NCBI GenBank assembly: GCA_951406725.2
Contig: OX597830.1
Location: 3,162,001 to 3,226,000, forward strand
Reading direction: 5' to 3'
Source of the DNA: Octopus vulgaris
Taxonomy: Eukaryota
DNA length: 64,000 nt
Each line of letters begins with the position of its first letter. Position 1 is the first letter of the stretch. Below are positions 49,947-64,000 of the stretch, piece by piece. Under the pieces are notes generated by a model. That model saw only the letters and a list, made by a program, of their open reading frames with translations. It did no database searches and had not been told where the DNA came from. Made by a program: the position numbers and the translations under genes.

Positions 49947-51434
49947 ATGCCACGCATCTATTTCCAAGTAAATTTTATCTTTATAATTTTGATGCAACAC
50001 TTATCCTATCTCTTTCTGTTTCTCTTTTCCTCCCCTCTTTTTTTTCCTCTCTCTTCCTTTCTCTAATTTTTTTATCTCCCCTTCTCCTCTTTTCGTTTTT
50101 TCCTCTCTCATTCTTTCTTTAATTTTTTCCTCTCCCCTTCGCCGTTCTCTGTCTGTCCCTCTATCTCTCCCTCACTCTTCTGCCTTTGCTCTCTTGTTTT
50201 TCGCACAGGACCATCAGCCATCTTTCTTTTCCTATTTGAAGTTCTTTCTTTATTTCTGATCAACCGCAAGGATAAGACACATTCTTGTCTATCTCCTGTC
50301 AAGGCTTGTTCCTTTGCATTCGCCAACTCAGCTCGTTCAGGCTTAGCAGCCCTTCCTGTTTGTTTCTACTGTCCTGTTTTTATTATCAACTTTGACACTC
50401 TACAAAATCCCAAATGTTATTCAATTTTATTTGTGGGGGCAACTGTTTTGTCGAAAACATATCTTGTCATAAATTGCTTGAAATACGAAGTAGAAAAACA
50501 GGCAAATGATGAAGGGTTATTTTTTTTATGTTGCTTGTCGTGTTTTCCATTTGTTTCTTTCGTTGTTTCCAAAAAAAATCCCAGTTTGTATTCCATATTT
50601 TCGCATTTCCTGTTGTTTTCGTATTTCATGTTGTTTACTTTCTGTGATGTCCTGTGTCCATATATGCTTGTGTATATACATACGAAAGATGACTGGTACG
50701 ACCAGTACTGAGAATTCCAACTGGTTGAGATTGTTCAGTCACGTCAAATGGTGATGATGATGGTTATTAATATTTACAACCATGCTGCAGGCATCCTTGG
50801 GTGCATCTCCCTTCTAAATATATAACACCACACTCTGTTTATTCACAAAGAAATTCTATACTTTGCTTAGTTGCAGTCAGGGTTAGGCTATGTTTCAATG
50901 ATGAAGTCTAATAAGACTAAAACACATAAAGAATTCTCACCTTTCTACTTAACACCAAAGGTTCCCTCCACTGTGTCCCATATCATGGCTACTCTAGAAT
51001 AGATCTGGTTTCTTACTGAGTGTCAGCATCATCTTTGAAATGAAGTCACCATTCTTCATCTTTTAATGCATCTAAGTAATTGAGGTATATTTTCTCATAG
51101 TTTCTGAGTTCCAGTCTCCAGCAAGTATTTCTTAGCAGATAATGTTTGTTTCCTACATTATCTCAGTTTCTGTCAGGAACAACTACCAGGACATTTGTTA
51201 CCCTTCCAGAGACTAGAATATTGTCTAGCAAGAGATTTATGTCCCACCCACTTCATGCTATAAAACCAAATATTAGCACTGGCCCTTAAAAGCCTCCCTA
51301 AGATTTTGAATGTTGTTTTATTTTACAGTCCACCCATTTGGTTGTCACAAAAAAGAGCATTTTGAGTGGGAGACATAATCCATCACTTGGTTGAGAACCA
51401 GCAGAAGGTCCAAAAACTAAAATAATTACAGACT

Positions 51435-51901
51435 TGTTACCAATTTGTTGTGGTGAGAGTCGTTGACACTCCTGTGGGATTGGAAGAATGGATTAGCCAA
51501 AAGTCTTCTAAAGAGTAGCATATTGGTTGAGAAGACACAACAGTTGTCGTGGGTTGCTGAGAGTTTCGTGGAAGTCGTAGGAAGTTGCTGAGATCATTGA
51601 GATTTTGTATTTATTGGAGTATTGTGTTCAGTAGAGTAATTTGAAGTACATCGTTTGAAGACAGTTGTGTCTGTCCCCTCTTTGGGAAACCTGTATATCC
51701 AACGTAGAGAAGGATATGAACCAATTCAAATCTGCTTGAGTCATATTCAAACCCATAATAAAACCATTTGTTCTGCTTTGTCATCGAGAAAATTTCTCTC
51801 TGTCAACAAATAGGAGTAAATACAGCAGGTTAGCTCACAGTGCTCCCTAACCAGACTGGTAGATGCATGCAGTATGGAGTGGTTACCTCCCTTCCGTAAC
51901 A
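51435..51901 (+). mobile_element. Probable solo LTR (467 bp)
   Basis: Termini TGTTAC...GTAACA, flanks cagact / gagact (5 of 6 identical), internal AATAAA near 51757. Confidence 0.55.
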
Positions 51902-52897
51902 GAGACTGGAAGCACTGTCACCCTGTAAAATAACTGTCTTCATGTTATTGTCTGAAAATGTTTTGAAAGGAATATTTTCTCCACATTTGCTATTTTAAAG
52001 GGTTTGCCTATAAAAACTATGCAAATACATAAGGAATCTTAGCTTACCACTGCTACTTGGTTATCAGGTGACAGTAGCAGTGTCCACTCAGTTGCAGGAA
52101 TTTAGATCAGGTCTTGCTTGTGACAATAATAAAAGAACCATGTTCTTCCTCCTTTTTCTCCTCCAGTGTCAGAGATCCTGCAAGATGTCATTAGTACTGA
52201 TGGTTTCTTATCTTCTGGTTAAAATAAGAAGCAAAAAGAGACAAAAAAAATCTAGTGAATAAAGAATGGAAAAAGAGAAAAAGACAGAAAGAAAGACGAG
52301 AGAAAAAGGAAAATTATATAAAACTAGAATGAAAGGAAGAATCTGAAAGGAAGAAAGGAAGGAAAGAAAGAATAAAATAGAATTAGTAAGACTTATAAGT
52401 TTACAATCAGTCCATTCTTATTAGTTTATAACTGTGAATTAAAATCATGACTTTCAGCTACACCAATTGAGAAACATTTTGGTCCTGATCTACAAAAGAA
52501 TTAGCACTGACGCCTTCTTTCATCAGAGATTACTTATAGTCGTCTTTGAGAAGCTTCAGTCTTCACTTTGCTGCAATTGTTATCAGAAACCAATGCTGAG
52601 AACAATATAATCCCAAAATATATAATGTACTATTAATAGAATTTTAGTGAGAAAGAAAGTTCTTAGTTTTTCTTTGATGTTTGAGAATGGTCAGAAATTT
52701 CCTAATTCACAACATTTCATAAATCTGAGATATTTTGCGCAATTGAACAATTCTCTGACAACTACAACTTTTGTCTGTGAAGTAGGTTTTCTCTTCCTTC
52801 TTGCCAAATACAAATTTATAATTGAATATATTCACATTCATTTATAACCTGTTATCAATAGATACATGCTCACATACAATTGAATATCTACAGTGTG

Positions 52898-52945
<48 letters not shown>

Positions 52946-54348
52946 GTTTGTGTGGGTGGGTGTACATATTTAAGTTTTTAAAGTACCAAATATACATTCA
53001 AACTTTTTATATACAAAGGAACATTTAAAGATGATTTCTTTAACTTATCCCAGATTATTTGGCTGACTTGGAAAATGGTTGGTTCCTTCTTTGTTTCTTT
53101 TTCTATAAAAATAGTCAAATTCTTTAGAGAAGTAGAAAGGAGGCTAAGCTTGTTTAAGAATGTTAGATAAATAGAAATTTATTCTTTGTTCTAAGAAGAT
53201 TCTTTTGTTCATCCTAACTATCTCTCTTTGTTGTTTTATGGAAGTTTATGAAGAAACTGGGTTTTAAATTGCAGACAGAATAGCAAGATAATCTGGCTTA
53301 AAGACTGCTGCAGCAATAAATGAAACATTGTCAGAAAACAAATGGAAAAAAATCATATTTTTTACCAAACTGAACTTTTTACTGCAACCTCATAAATAGT
53401 TTTGTAGACATTGACTAATATTCTAGCAAACAGTCGATATACAATTCAACATGGAAGAAGCCTGACCATGTTATATATAATCTTTCACTGCTAAGATGGT
53501 CTTTCTTTGATAAAGAACTCCCTTGATGAAATGGTAAACTGTAGCATACTTTTTCTCCGCCTCCATTTTATTGATCTAAACTGTACTCTTCAAACAGACA
53601 GTAGAATCAGCCACAAGTCAACTTCGATATTATAAGAATAGAAACGGAAATGTAACGAATATCATTTTTTTACATTGTTAACGGAGAAGAGGGGGGGGGA
53701 TGGGTAAATGTAATATTTATGCCTGTTTTTGTCGAAGACAATAGCTATGTAAATGAATAACTCTTAACGGGTAACCAAAACAGGTTCTTGAATTTGGTAG
53801 AGTTAGAACTAGCATAATGATCTACCTTGAATCTATAGCAGCAGCAGCAACAACAACATGAACAGCAATATTTATGAGCCAGGGTGGGGGTAGTCTCTCT
53901 GTGGTTGATCGATTGGCTAAAAACAGCAACAAATTCTACTTCAAATTGTCCTCCTAAAGTAAGAACATTTTAGATAATGTCATCTTAAATATGTGGCATG
54001 TCTGAAAATGAAGATGAGATGTTAATTAGTTAAATGTATTTAATTAAAGATTTTCTTGATTCTGGTCAAGATGGTGCTAAACAATAGCAACAACAACAGC
54101 ATCAAGAATAGCTGTCCTGATTTTCACATTTTGTAAAAGAGGTGGTATTAAGTAGAATGGCCATCCAGTGTTTCATCAAATTTTGACATCAAATTTATTC
54201 CTTTGCTAAAATACAAATGAAGAATGATGAGGCACTGGAATATAGAGAAGGGTTTACAAAGAAATGGATTCGAATCTAAAAGAGAGACATCACATCTGAA
54301 AAAGCACACCTCACTCCAAACTATCAATATTTACAATGTACAGTTCAT

Positions 54349-54418
54349 TAATTAACTTCAAGTGGATTGGTCATAATTCAGTAATTAACTTCAAGTGGAT
54401 TGGTCATAATTCAGTAAT
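54349..54418. repeat. Perfect 33-bp tandem duplication
   Basis: taattaacttcaagtggattggtcataattcag x2. Confidence 0.95.
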
Positions 54419-56218
54419 CGCATATGGCTATATTGTCTTGTTATAAACAATGATCATTTTATAAACAGGATCATCATCATCATCATTTAACCATCTGTTT
54501 TCCATGCTGGCATGAGTTGGATGGTATGACAGGAGCTGGCAAGGCTGGAGGGTTCTACCAGGCTCCATTGTCTGTTTTGGCTTGGTTTCTACAGTTGGAT
54601 GCCCTTCCCAATGCCTACCACTTCACATAATTTACAAAGCAATTTAATTTCGTAGTTTTGTAGGTAGGGTTAGGGGTAGGGTTAGGGTTATATATAAGAA
54701 AATAAACCGCTATAAATAATAACTAATATCTAACTACAGCTGAAAGAAATCATGATTGTTACATCTGCTTTCCATACCAGCATGAATTGGGGGAGTATTC
54801 ACAATCTGAGTCAGTTCTTATTCAAAGTTACTCTCCTTGGTACAAGCTAGAAAATCACGTCCAGTTCAAAACATTCCATTTTGACAAAGTTTCTATGGCT
54901 GGATGCCAACTACTCAATAGTTTGTATTTTATTGATGCACTACAGAGGCTTTCATATATTTGGGCAGACTAAAAGATCCTCTCGAATTCTTCACTTTCTC
55001 TGGTCAATTTGCTACTCACAATTAGAGTGATTGAATTTAATAAACACATGATTATCTGCTGAACATAAATAGGAATAAAGACAATAGTATTGGGTAGAAA
55101 CCATCTAATTTGTGTTAATCATTAAAGATATCATGCTAAATGTCTAAAATTGTAGAAGTAATTTTTGCTCTTTTTTTTATCTTTGATGAATTTCAGATCT
55201 TTCAAGATTAAAGATGAGTTTGTTAATTGCTGGAATCCTTAGGGCAATGTATGACAGAGTCTTTAACTTAAAGTATTGCAGTATATATCCTTCATTTCTT
55301 TATATTCTGAGTTTAACTTCTGATTAATTAAGCATTTTTCTTTCCCATGTCCAGATTCAATAAAATAGGAGTTTATCAGGTGCCATATAATTGTTTTTAC
55401 TCCACCTCCAGACTGTAGCCTAGAAATCCCTATTAATCTTAGACAACTAAATCAATAGAATCCCACGATCATCAAACAAAAAGCCTTTTGCTATTTCTTC
55501 CAACTCATTCCTTACATCCTGGGCTCAATTATTGTCAACAGTGACTTTGCCATTCATCAGTACCAGATTGACAAGATACCAGAGACATACTGAGATCAGT
55601 TTAGTCAAGTAATCACTTGCCCCAAATGTGTGGCCTATGTTTATCTCTAAAATTATTCTTTGCTTGCTGAATCTTAAACTTAACATCCTGTGTATTTGGT
55701 CTTTTGGAATATATTCAGGCGGAGAGGTTTAAGTTATATTCATTGATCCAAATTTTAAATTTCAAGTAAAATATTATCACGAATCAGGAGATAATTCACT
55801 ATTTCATAAACAAGTACGTATACATAAATTTTATATAATATATACACAAATTACATATATTATATACATAAATTATATTTTCCCAAGTCAATGCATATAT
55901 ACACAAAATATAAAGGAATACAAAAAAAACATGAAAGTAATTTATTACAGAGTTTATATAAACACACACTGACACACACGTGATGACAAAAAATTATACA
56001 TGTAAATATTTGTTGGATGAATTTGATTAAACACAAATTAATCACATTAGTGCTGAAATCAATAAATATTTAAAAATTTACCATACTTAAAAAAAAATAA
56101 TAGGTTTCACAAAAACATATTTTTATGAATGTTGCACATATCTGCAGAGGCAGCAGTTTTGAACTTTCAGAGCTCATGCCATATTTCTCTTATTTCCAAT
56201 ACTTTTAGACACATACAG

Positions 56219-56251
<33 letters not shown>

Positions 56252-56269
56252 TGTATGTATTTATATACA

Positions 56270-56363
<94 letters not shown>

Positions 56364-56416
56364 CATACATATATATACATAACATACATATATATATACA
56401 TATATGTATATATATG

Positions 56417-56448
<32 letters not shown>

Positions 56449-56626
56449 TACACATACATATCTATATGTGCATATTTACCTTAAAAGTTTCTTTTATGTA
56501 TAAGATAAACACTTCAAAATTTAGAAAAATTGGTATGTATGCATTTTAGTATAAATGCATTTTATTCATTTACAATATTTTCTATTAATTCAATTTATAT
56601 GCATATATATACACACACATATATGC

Positions 56627-56670
<44 letters not shown>

Positions 56671-58383
56671 GAATGAATGAATGAATGTTTGTATGTATGC
56701 ATATGTGAGAATGTTTATGTGTATGTATGTATGTATGTATGTATGTATGTATGTATGTATGTTTCTATAATCAATTTCAACTTTGAAGACTTACTTAAGT
56801 TATTTGTGAAAATTTTCTTTCACACTAGAAAATTTGTTGAGAAAACCTATTTGGAAAATAGTAGAAAAAAAAAAGATTCTCTTTTTTCTTTTTTTTTTCC
56901 TCACATCATGGGTCTTCTCCAGCAACATTTCCTATTGTTGAGTTCATTATGAAAATTTAATCTGCGTTGAAATATATATATCTAGTTGTAAAACACATTC
57001 ACTCAAGCTTGCTCACACAGTCATAAATATGTGCATATACATTAAAAAAAAAGAAGAAAAAAAACAACTTCAGCATTAAACAAATTTACAGTTTGCAAAT
57101 GGAAATATTGGATCCATGCCAGGCAATATTTCTTCTTATGCCAGAGATATTCAAACATTGAAAATCATACAGATGGATGGAAAATGGGTTGAATTAAATT
57201 TACATGAAATCTAGGATCGAATCGACTTCTGTGTTTTAGTGTTTAATAATCACCAAACATTGTCCCATATTTCTGAAGTGTGTCTTTATTGTATTAATGT
57301 TCTCAGAGAAGAAAATTGCTTCATATTTCTACCTGAAACAGTGTGAAAGAGAAGAATATGGAAATATGATATCAATAACAGTCAAATATAATAATTTCTT
57401 ATATGATTTAGAAAGTGGTATGTTAGGGTTGTAAACAACAAAATATTTATATATAACAGATGGCTTTGGGCTTAAGAAGTCTGTTTTGTAAATCCATGGC
57501 TTGGGTTTGCACCAACATTATGGCACTTTGGTCAAGAACCATTTACTCTAGCCTCAGGTCAATCAAATTTTTGTCTGTGAAAATTAGTTGACTCTTGACA
57601 TATCTTTAATTTCTGATTCACCTTTAATTTCTAACATGTCTACATTTTTTTTATTTTATTTCTACTGGTTTCTAAAACATCTGAAAATTATTTCTATTCT
57701 GCTGTGGCACCAGTTCAGTCCATTCTTAAAATCTGTTCCATTTCATAACAGCACTCTTCATTCACCTTGTTTATTTCTACTTTAGTCATTCTCTCTCTCC
57801 GTCTCTCCTCTTCTTACCCCCGCACCACTGCCATTAAACATGTTGATGTAAGCACTCACACACTAATTATGGTTACATTCAAACAAACCTTCTAATCATG
57901 CATTCATTCATTCAAACACACACACTAATGGATATTTTTTTACAGCTTCACTCTATTTCCACTTTTCTCTCAATTAGTAAAGAGCTGCAATCATACTTAT
58001 TATGGTGAAACAATAAATCTTAATTAAAATCACACCCATTTTGAGACAGATCAATCAACACCTTTGTAACAAACTCTGGCCAAGAATAGCAAGGGAGAGA
58101 ATCCTTGAAATTTCAGCATTCTCTCAAGCATTAGCTCAACGACTCTCTTAATCACTCCCTCATTAACTGGATTCTTCAGTAAAATTCTCCAGTGAAATAA
58201 TCTTTTTATCAACGTTTGTCCTGATATGTTAAATAATGTGACTGTTGTTGCAGTGACGTGCACAAAAGCAACATCAAGCACCAGATATAAATATTTCCTC
58301 CTTCAGCAGTGATAGCAACGATATGAAGGAAATTAGAACTGCTTTCAAATGTAACAGCAGTTTCTCTATCATCACTGCCATAC

Positions 58384-58414
<31 letters not shown>

Positions 58415-58955
58415 CATCATCATCTTCAAAATCATCAATCACATTTTATTTCCCCAGTTTCACTGACAGCAGAAATCTTTCCTCATCAACTTATTATCTT
58501 CCTCATGGTTACATCACATGCTTCTGCTCTGTCAGACGGACGATGTATATTGAATCACCTCTGCTCTTACAATACAAACTAATCTTATCTAGAATTTCTG
58601 TCTTGGAAGAAGATTGTTGATGATTATTCCTGTCACCTACAGCAGTGGGTGCTTTCATGATAATTTTCTGTAGGCAGAAGAATTCCTGTGACCCCATTGT
58701 TCTATAGATTGGTCAACTAGAACTCAAATAACACAGCTGAGTTGCAATGTCGAATTTATTAAATCTGTTTCAGTTATCAAAATATTTGAATCACGTGAAA
58801 TTTGGAAACCTGTTAATTCAAATGTTATATGTCAACATTTCTTGAATTGTTTCACGGATAATTATTTTAAATTTCCTATCTCAGTCTTTCGTAAAATAAT
58901 AAGTTGATCATTTCAAATGCTTCTGCTGGTAAATATTTCAGTGTTGTTATATCAA

Positions 58956-59460
<505 letters not shown>

Positions 59461-61427
59461 TATATGTGTGTGTGTGTGTGTGCATGTTTGTTCATGCACT
59501 CTTTTACTCATCTACCTTGAAGCTATGCCCTGGCACTTCATCACTACCATCTTTATCTCTCATTCCAGCTTCTGTCACCTACTCTTCTATAATTTGGTAT
59601 AGCTATATATCTCCTCTACTAAAAGTCACCCGTTCCTGTCCTGCTATCATAGTGCAGCTTCTCAATATCTTGCATAAGAGCACTTCCATCCCTTCCACGT
59701 CCAATCATGCAAGAGAGTTGTGAGTGACATGGTGACCTCACTAGTGCTGGTGCCATGAAAAAAAACACTGTGTATTCTGTGAAATGATCGATGTTAGGAA
59801 TAACATCCAGCCCTAGTGAATATACCGAAGCAGACAGAGGAATTTGACATGGTCTTTTGACTTGTTGCATCCTTTCAAAGCATCCAAACCAGTTTGAAAG
59901 GCTGTCATTAAATGATGAAAGCAATGACGCTGTCAATGCCAATGATGATGATGATGATGACAACAACAACAACAACGACGAGATGACAATGATGATGACG
60001 ACGATGTTGATGGGATGGTGAGGATGATGATGCACAAATGGAGAACCTATGCACTCCAAATGGTGAAGCGAATAAAAAGTATGGGCATGAAAGAGCTACA
60101 ATGAGATCATTGGTAAACTGGTGGGAAACAAGAAACTTGGATGCAGCAGTTGGAGTTGGGTAGTTGGCAGTAAAGCCTCCCTCGAACTGAATTCCCTCAA
60201 ATGTTTTAAAAGAAATTAATCTTCAATATTAGGAATATTACATAGAATGCTTGTGTATGGAATATATTATTGCAAAGTTGACACATCTGTGCACTGGATG
60301 TAGAGGTTGCACAAGGTTGGAAAGAAATGAGGCTACCATTCTTTACAGGATCTGTGACCAGATAGTGGCTTCAAGATTCTGAGAGCTTTGCTGCCTTTTA
60401 GCCACAACAGACATCACAATACAATTTTATCTGCTGTTCCAACAACTCTGCTAATTAACTACTTCACCTAATTTATCAACGAGTTCATTTATCTAATTTA
60501 TTAACAATGCTATAATTGATATTCATTATCAAGAAACAGGTATCCCTAATTATCCCCCCCTCCACCCAGCAAATTCATAAAATCACACTTTATATTCACA
60601 GAAATTCCATTCTCTGTCAAATTCTGCAAAGTCATTACAGTTGGAGTTAAGCTAGACGTCACTGACCAGACTTAATATAACAGAAACTTGCTTGGAATTG
60701 TCCCATTTCTTCTAAAACCCAGACTCTTCCTATAGTTATGCACATTCAATACAGAGGATGTACAAAGAATGAGATAATCATTGTTTATAGCATAAATAAA
60801 TAATGGAGCTGAAAATTGTTGGGAGGGAAATAGGGTGTAGTAAGAGAGGTGAGCCTGATGGAGGATACATCTGAGGAATTTGGATGTTGTTTGCTGTGTT
60901 AAGATGCTTCAATTAAGGAAAAAGAAATTGTAGCAGTGATTCAAAACTGTATCTCTGGATATGAGGTCGGACATTGCAAGCAAACTACCAAAGTTGCACA
61001 GCATTAAGCGAGGGTGTGAACAGGTTTTCACTGAACATTCTACAATTTGACTTTGGCAGGCATTTTTACTTTAAAGATGACCCTGGAAGGCAGCTATGAC
61101 AGATGGGTAAGTAGATGATAAGGACCTTGGTCACCACAAGTATAGCACAGTTGTTTCCAGTTATGTTGGGCAAGATGTATGTTGCCATAAAAGTGGCTTT
61201 CCCACTGTAAATATTGTGGTTATCTATAAAAGGCCAACATATTTTTTTCATTATGTGCAATAATGAATTCTTCTGTTAAATGTTCATGAGTGTTGCTCCG
61301 TTACTTCTACATGGAGCCCAAGGAACATATTTTCATTCATCAACTCAGCCAGACTCCACCACCCCCTGCCCAACAACCTGCCAGCCATAGCAAAACCAAA
61401 GACAAGGGAAGAATTAGTAACATTTGA

Positions 61428-63899
61428 TCTCTTATGATAAAAGGCAGATTTTCTCTGCCTCCCAAACCGTTCGTTTTTTATACAATTGTACAATATAGAA
61501 TTTCTTCAATTGGAATTTGCCTATGATTTTTCCAAGTAGATTCTAATGGGTCATGGCATGTAAAGTTTTTTCAATTTAACCCCCAATTAAGCAAAAATTC
61601 GAGAAAAGTAAATATTTTACGATTTGCCTCTCTAATTTCAACTGCTTCATTCATGCTATCACCCTAATATCTCCTACTTTCTCTTTGCAAGTGTACCTTA
61701 AACCACTACTCAAAACAAATACACAGCAAACAGAAACAAATAAATACATAACGATTTACTCCTCACACAATTTCTTCAATTAGAGTTTACCTAAGATTTT
61801 TCCAAGTACATTCCATTCGGTCATGGCATACAAATTTCTTTCAATTTGACCCCCAATTAAGCAAAAATTCGAGAAAACTCAATATTTTACGATTTCCCTC
61901 TCTCACTTCAAAGTCTTTACTCTGCCTATTACTCCCACTTCCTCTTTACACACATAGGCACGCAAACATATACATATATGACAGTGTCAATTGTTGAAAG
62001 AAAATTGTAAGCTAACGTGTATGTGTGTGTGTGTGCGCGCGCATGTGTGTGTGTGTGTGACAGGGATGAGCCATTCATACTGGTCATCCTTTTTGCTAGA
62101 AGAAGATCCGCTATGGTCTTATATGCTACACCACTGGTTTTCAATTAATTTTAATCAAATTAATATTCAGTTTTTCACCCTTATTATGTGTGTGTGTATT
62201 AGCAATTCGTATAAAATTGCATCAATGACTTGAACTTGAATAAGTGGTTTCACATAAATGGGGATAAATTAAAAAGGTTTGTCGTTAGTATTATTACTGT
62301 TTGACTATTGTAATCACGTTTGTTGGTTCCTCGCCAGGGAAACTTTGTTGTGTTGCATTTGTTAAATAATTGTAAACTGTAACCCTCCCCCTTTCGGAGA
62401 AGGGGCTTTGGTTATTGTTTCAAAATTGAATTGTGTCCCTGTTTGGGGAAATTGACAATATTTTCACCGTCTTTATACATATATATATACACATATATAC
62501 ATGCATAATATATCTACCCATACACACACATGGACACAAACACACACACACATACATAGGGGCAGGTGTGGCTGTGTGGTAACAAACTACATTCGAAGAT
62601 ACTGTACTTGATATGGGTGGTAGTGCCTTGCTGGTCTATGGCCTACCTTCAACAAACCGGGAAGGCACAAAGACTCTGTCTTCACATTTGCTGCGTGAGA
62701 CACGTTTTAATGTTGATGAGCTTGCTGAGTACATAGCCGACAATGAACCAAAGCTCCTTCCAGAACACAAGTTCGCTTACAACTCCGTTGTTAATTCAGT
62801 CCGGGCCAAAACTGGGAGGATTTTTTTCCTGGACGCTCCTGGGGGCACTGGGAAAACTTTTGTCAACAAATTAATATTGGCTGAGATTAGGCGAACACAA
62901 GGCATTGCCCTAGTTGTGGCATCATCTGGAATTGTGGCTACTTTGTTGCCAGGTGGCAGGACAGCTCACTCCACTTTCAAGCTTCCGCTTGACTTAGCGA
63001 AGACTGAGACACCAACTTGCAACATCAGTAACAGCTCCAATCAGGCAGAAGTCTTCAGACGATGCAAGCTTATCGTTTGGGATGAATGCACGATGGCCCA
63101 CAGACGTGCTCTTGAGGCACTAGATAGATCTCTCAGAGACATCAAACACTCTTCAGCTCCCATGGGAGGCATAACACTTCTTCTTTCAGGGGACTTCCGA
63201 CAAACACTTCCTGTTATTCCCAAAGGGACTAGAGCTGATGCAGTAAGTGCGTGTCTTAAGTCATCCACATTGTGGCCACTGGTGAAGACTCTCAAACTTC
63301 ACACCAATATGCGTGCTCATATGCGACGTAATATCACATCAGCAGCATTTTCTCACACCCTCCTTGCACTTGGCGAAGGCAAAATACCAGGGGATGAAAA
63401 TGGTAATATTGCCATCGATTCCATTTGTACCATTGTCAAAACGCCTTCTGATCTCATAGATGCAGTGTTCCCAGATCTACAAGCTAATTATCAGAATATG
63501 GATTGGATTGGCCAAAGGGCTATTCTGGCCCCGAGGAATAAAACTGTTCACCATATTAATGATGAAATGCTAAAACTCATTCCTGGGGAAGTCTATGTAT
63601 ATAAGTCTATCGATACAACTCCTGACCCAGAGGACGTCATCAACTATCCAATAGAGGTAGTCAATTCCTTTGAGCACCCCGGACTACCACCACACATTCT
63701 CAAACTTAAAGTTAGTGCCCCTATAATGCTCATTAGAAATTTGGTTCCCCCAAAACAATGCAATGGCACACGTTTGATCGTTAAGTCCTTATCTCCCACC
63801 GTAAACTTATATCAATATTTGCCTGAATAATCATCATAATTCAGTGCAATCATTAACAGTACTTATTCAGCCCCGAGCATCGCCGGGCAATTCTGCTAG
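61428..63899 (+). mobile_element. Internally deleted Helitron (~2.5 kb) carrying a helicase fragment
   Basis: Putative 5' end A|TCTCTTATGATAAAAGGCAG (less certain). 3' end CCCGagcatcgcCGGG hairpin, then caattctgCTAG|T. Internal ~140-bp direct repeats at 61500-61640 and 61770-61912, and a PIF1 ORF. Confidence 0.75.
62613..63830 (+). pseudogene. Helitron RepHel-derived PIF1-family (SF1B) DNA helicase fragment
   Basis: Walker A FFLDAPGGTGKT, VASSGIVATLLPGGRTAHSTFKLP, Walker B LIVWDECTM, GGITLLLSGDFRQTLPVI, LHTNMR, RAILAPRN, GLPPHILKLKV..PIMLIRNL..CNGTRL. Lacks the Rep (HUH) domain and C-terminal motifs V-VI. Confidence 0.92.
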
Positions 63900-64000
63900 T
63901 CTAAGAATAAAAAAAATCCTCAAAATGGGGTGACATGGTCCAACACAGTGCTGTAGCAGACTCATCCAGCCAAAGCAAGCATGAGTAACAGAACAAGGAA

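Noticed and set aside
52048-52214. Exon-like segment on the minus strand with a good acceptor and a gtaagc donor
   Set aside because: Stops in all three frames. It could be a non-coding exon but this cannot be supported without transcripts.
58051-58697. Short minus-strand ORFs including a poly-Asp stretch
   Set aside because: The poly-Asp is a (CAT)n microsatellite, the ORFs do not join into a coherent frame, and no homology was recognised.
62613-63830. Host PIF1 gene
   Set aside because: Intronless, truncated, has Helitron-type helicase motifs and ends at a hairpin-CTAG Helitron terminus.

Overview
AT-rich, microsatellite-dense eukaryotic DNA made up mostly of decayed transposable elements. 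The SINE families, RTE/Dong LINEs and repeat landscape suggest a coleoid cephalopod, probably Octopus (inference from recalled repeat families, not a search). Most ORFs in the track are translations of microsatellites. Supported content: four degenerate RTE-clade LINE copies carrying a PHD-type Cys/His finger inside the RT; Dong/R4-type RLE LINE copies in (TAA)n; a Penelope-like GIY-YIG remnant with an inverted 5' arm next to a mariner remnant; a Tc1/mariner-type foldback; a TA-flanked MITE; three Helitron-type elements (one with an open PIF1-helicase fragment); a probable solo LTR; and many SINEs of two or three families, often nested. No intact host gene was recognised, only a weak two-exon candidate at 17953-18510 (-). 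The most interesting signals are minimal hammerhead-ribozyme-like motifs in TA-flanked repeats, a composite double-tailed SINE with an 18-bp TSD, the PHD finger inside RTE reverse transcriptase, and many foldback structures. I found no convincing novel multi-gene system. Element boundaries were read by eye and are approximate unless terminal motifs are quoted.
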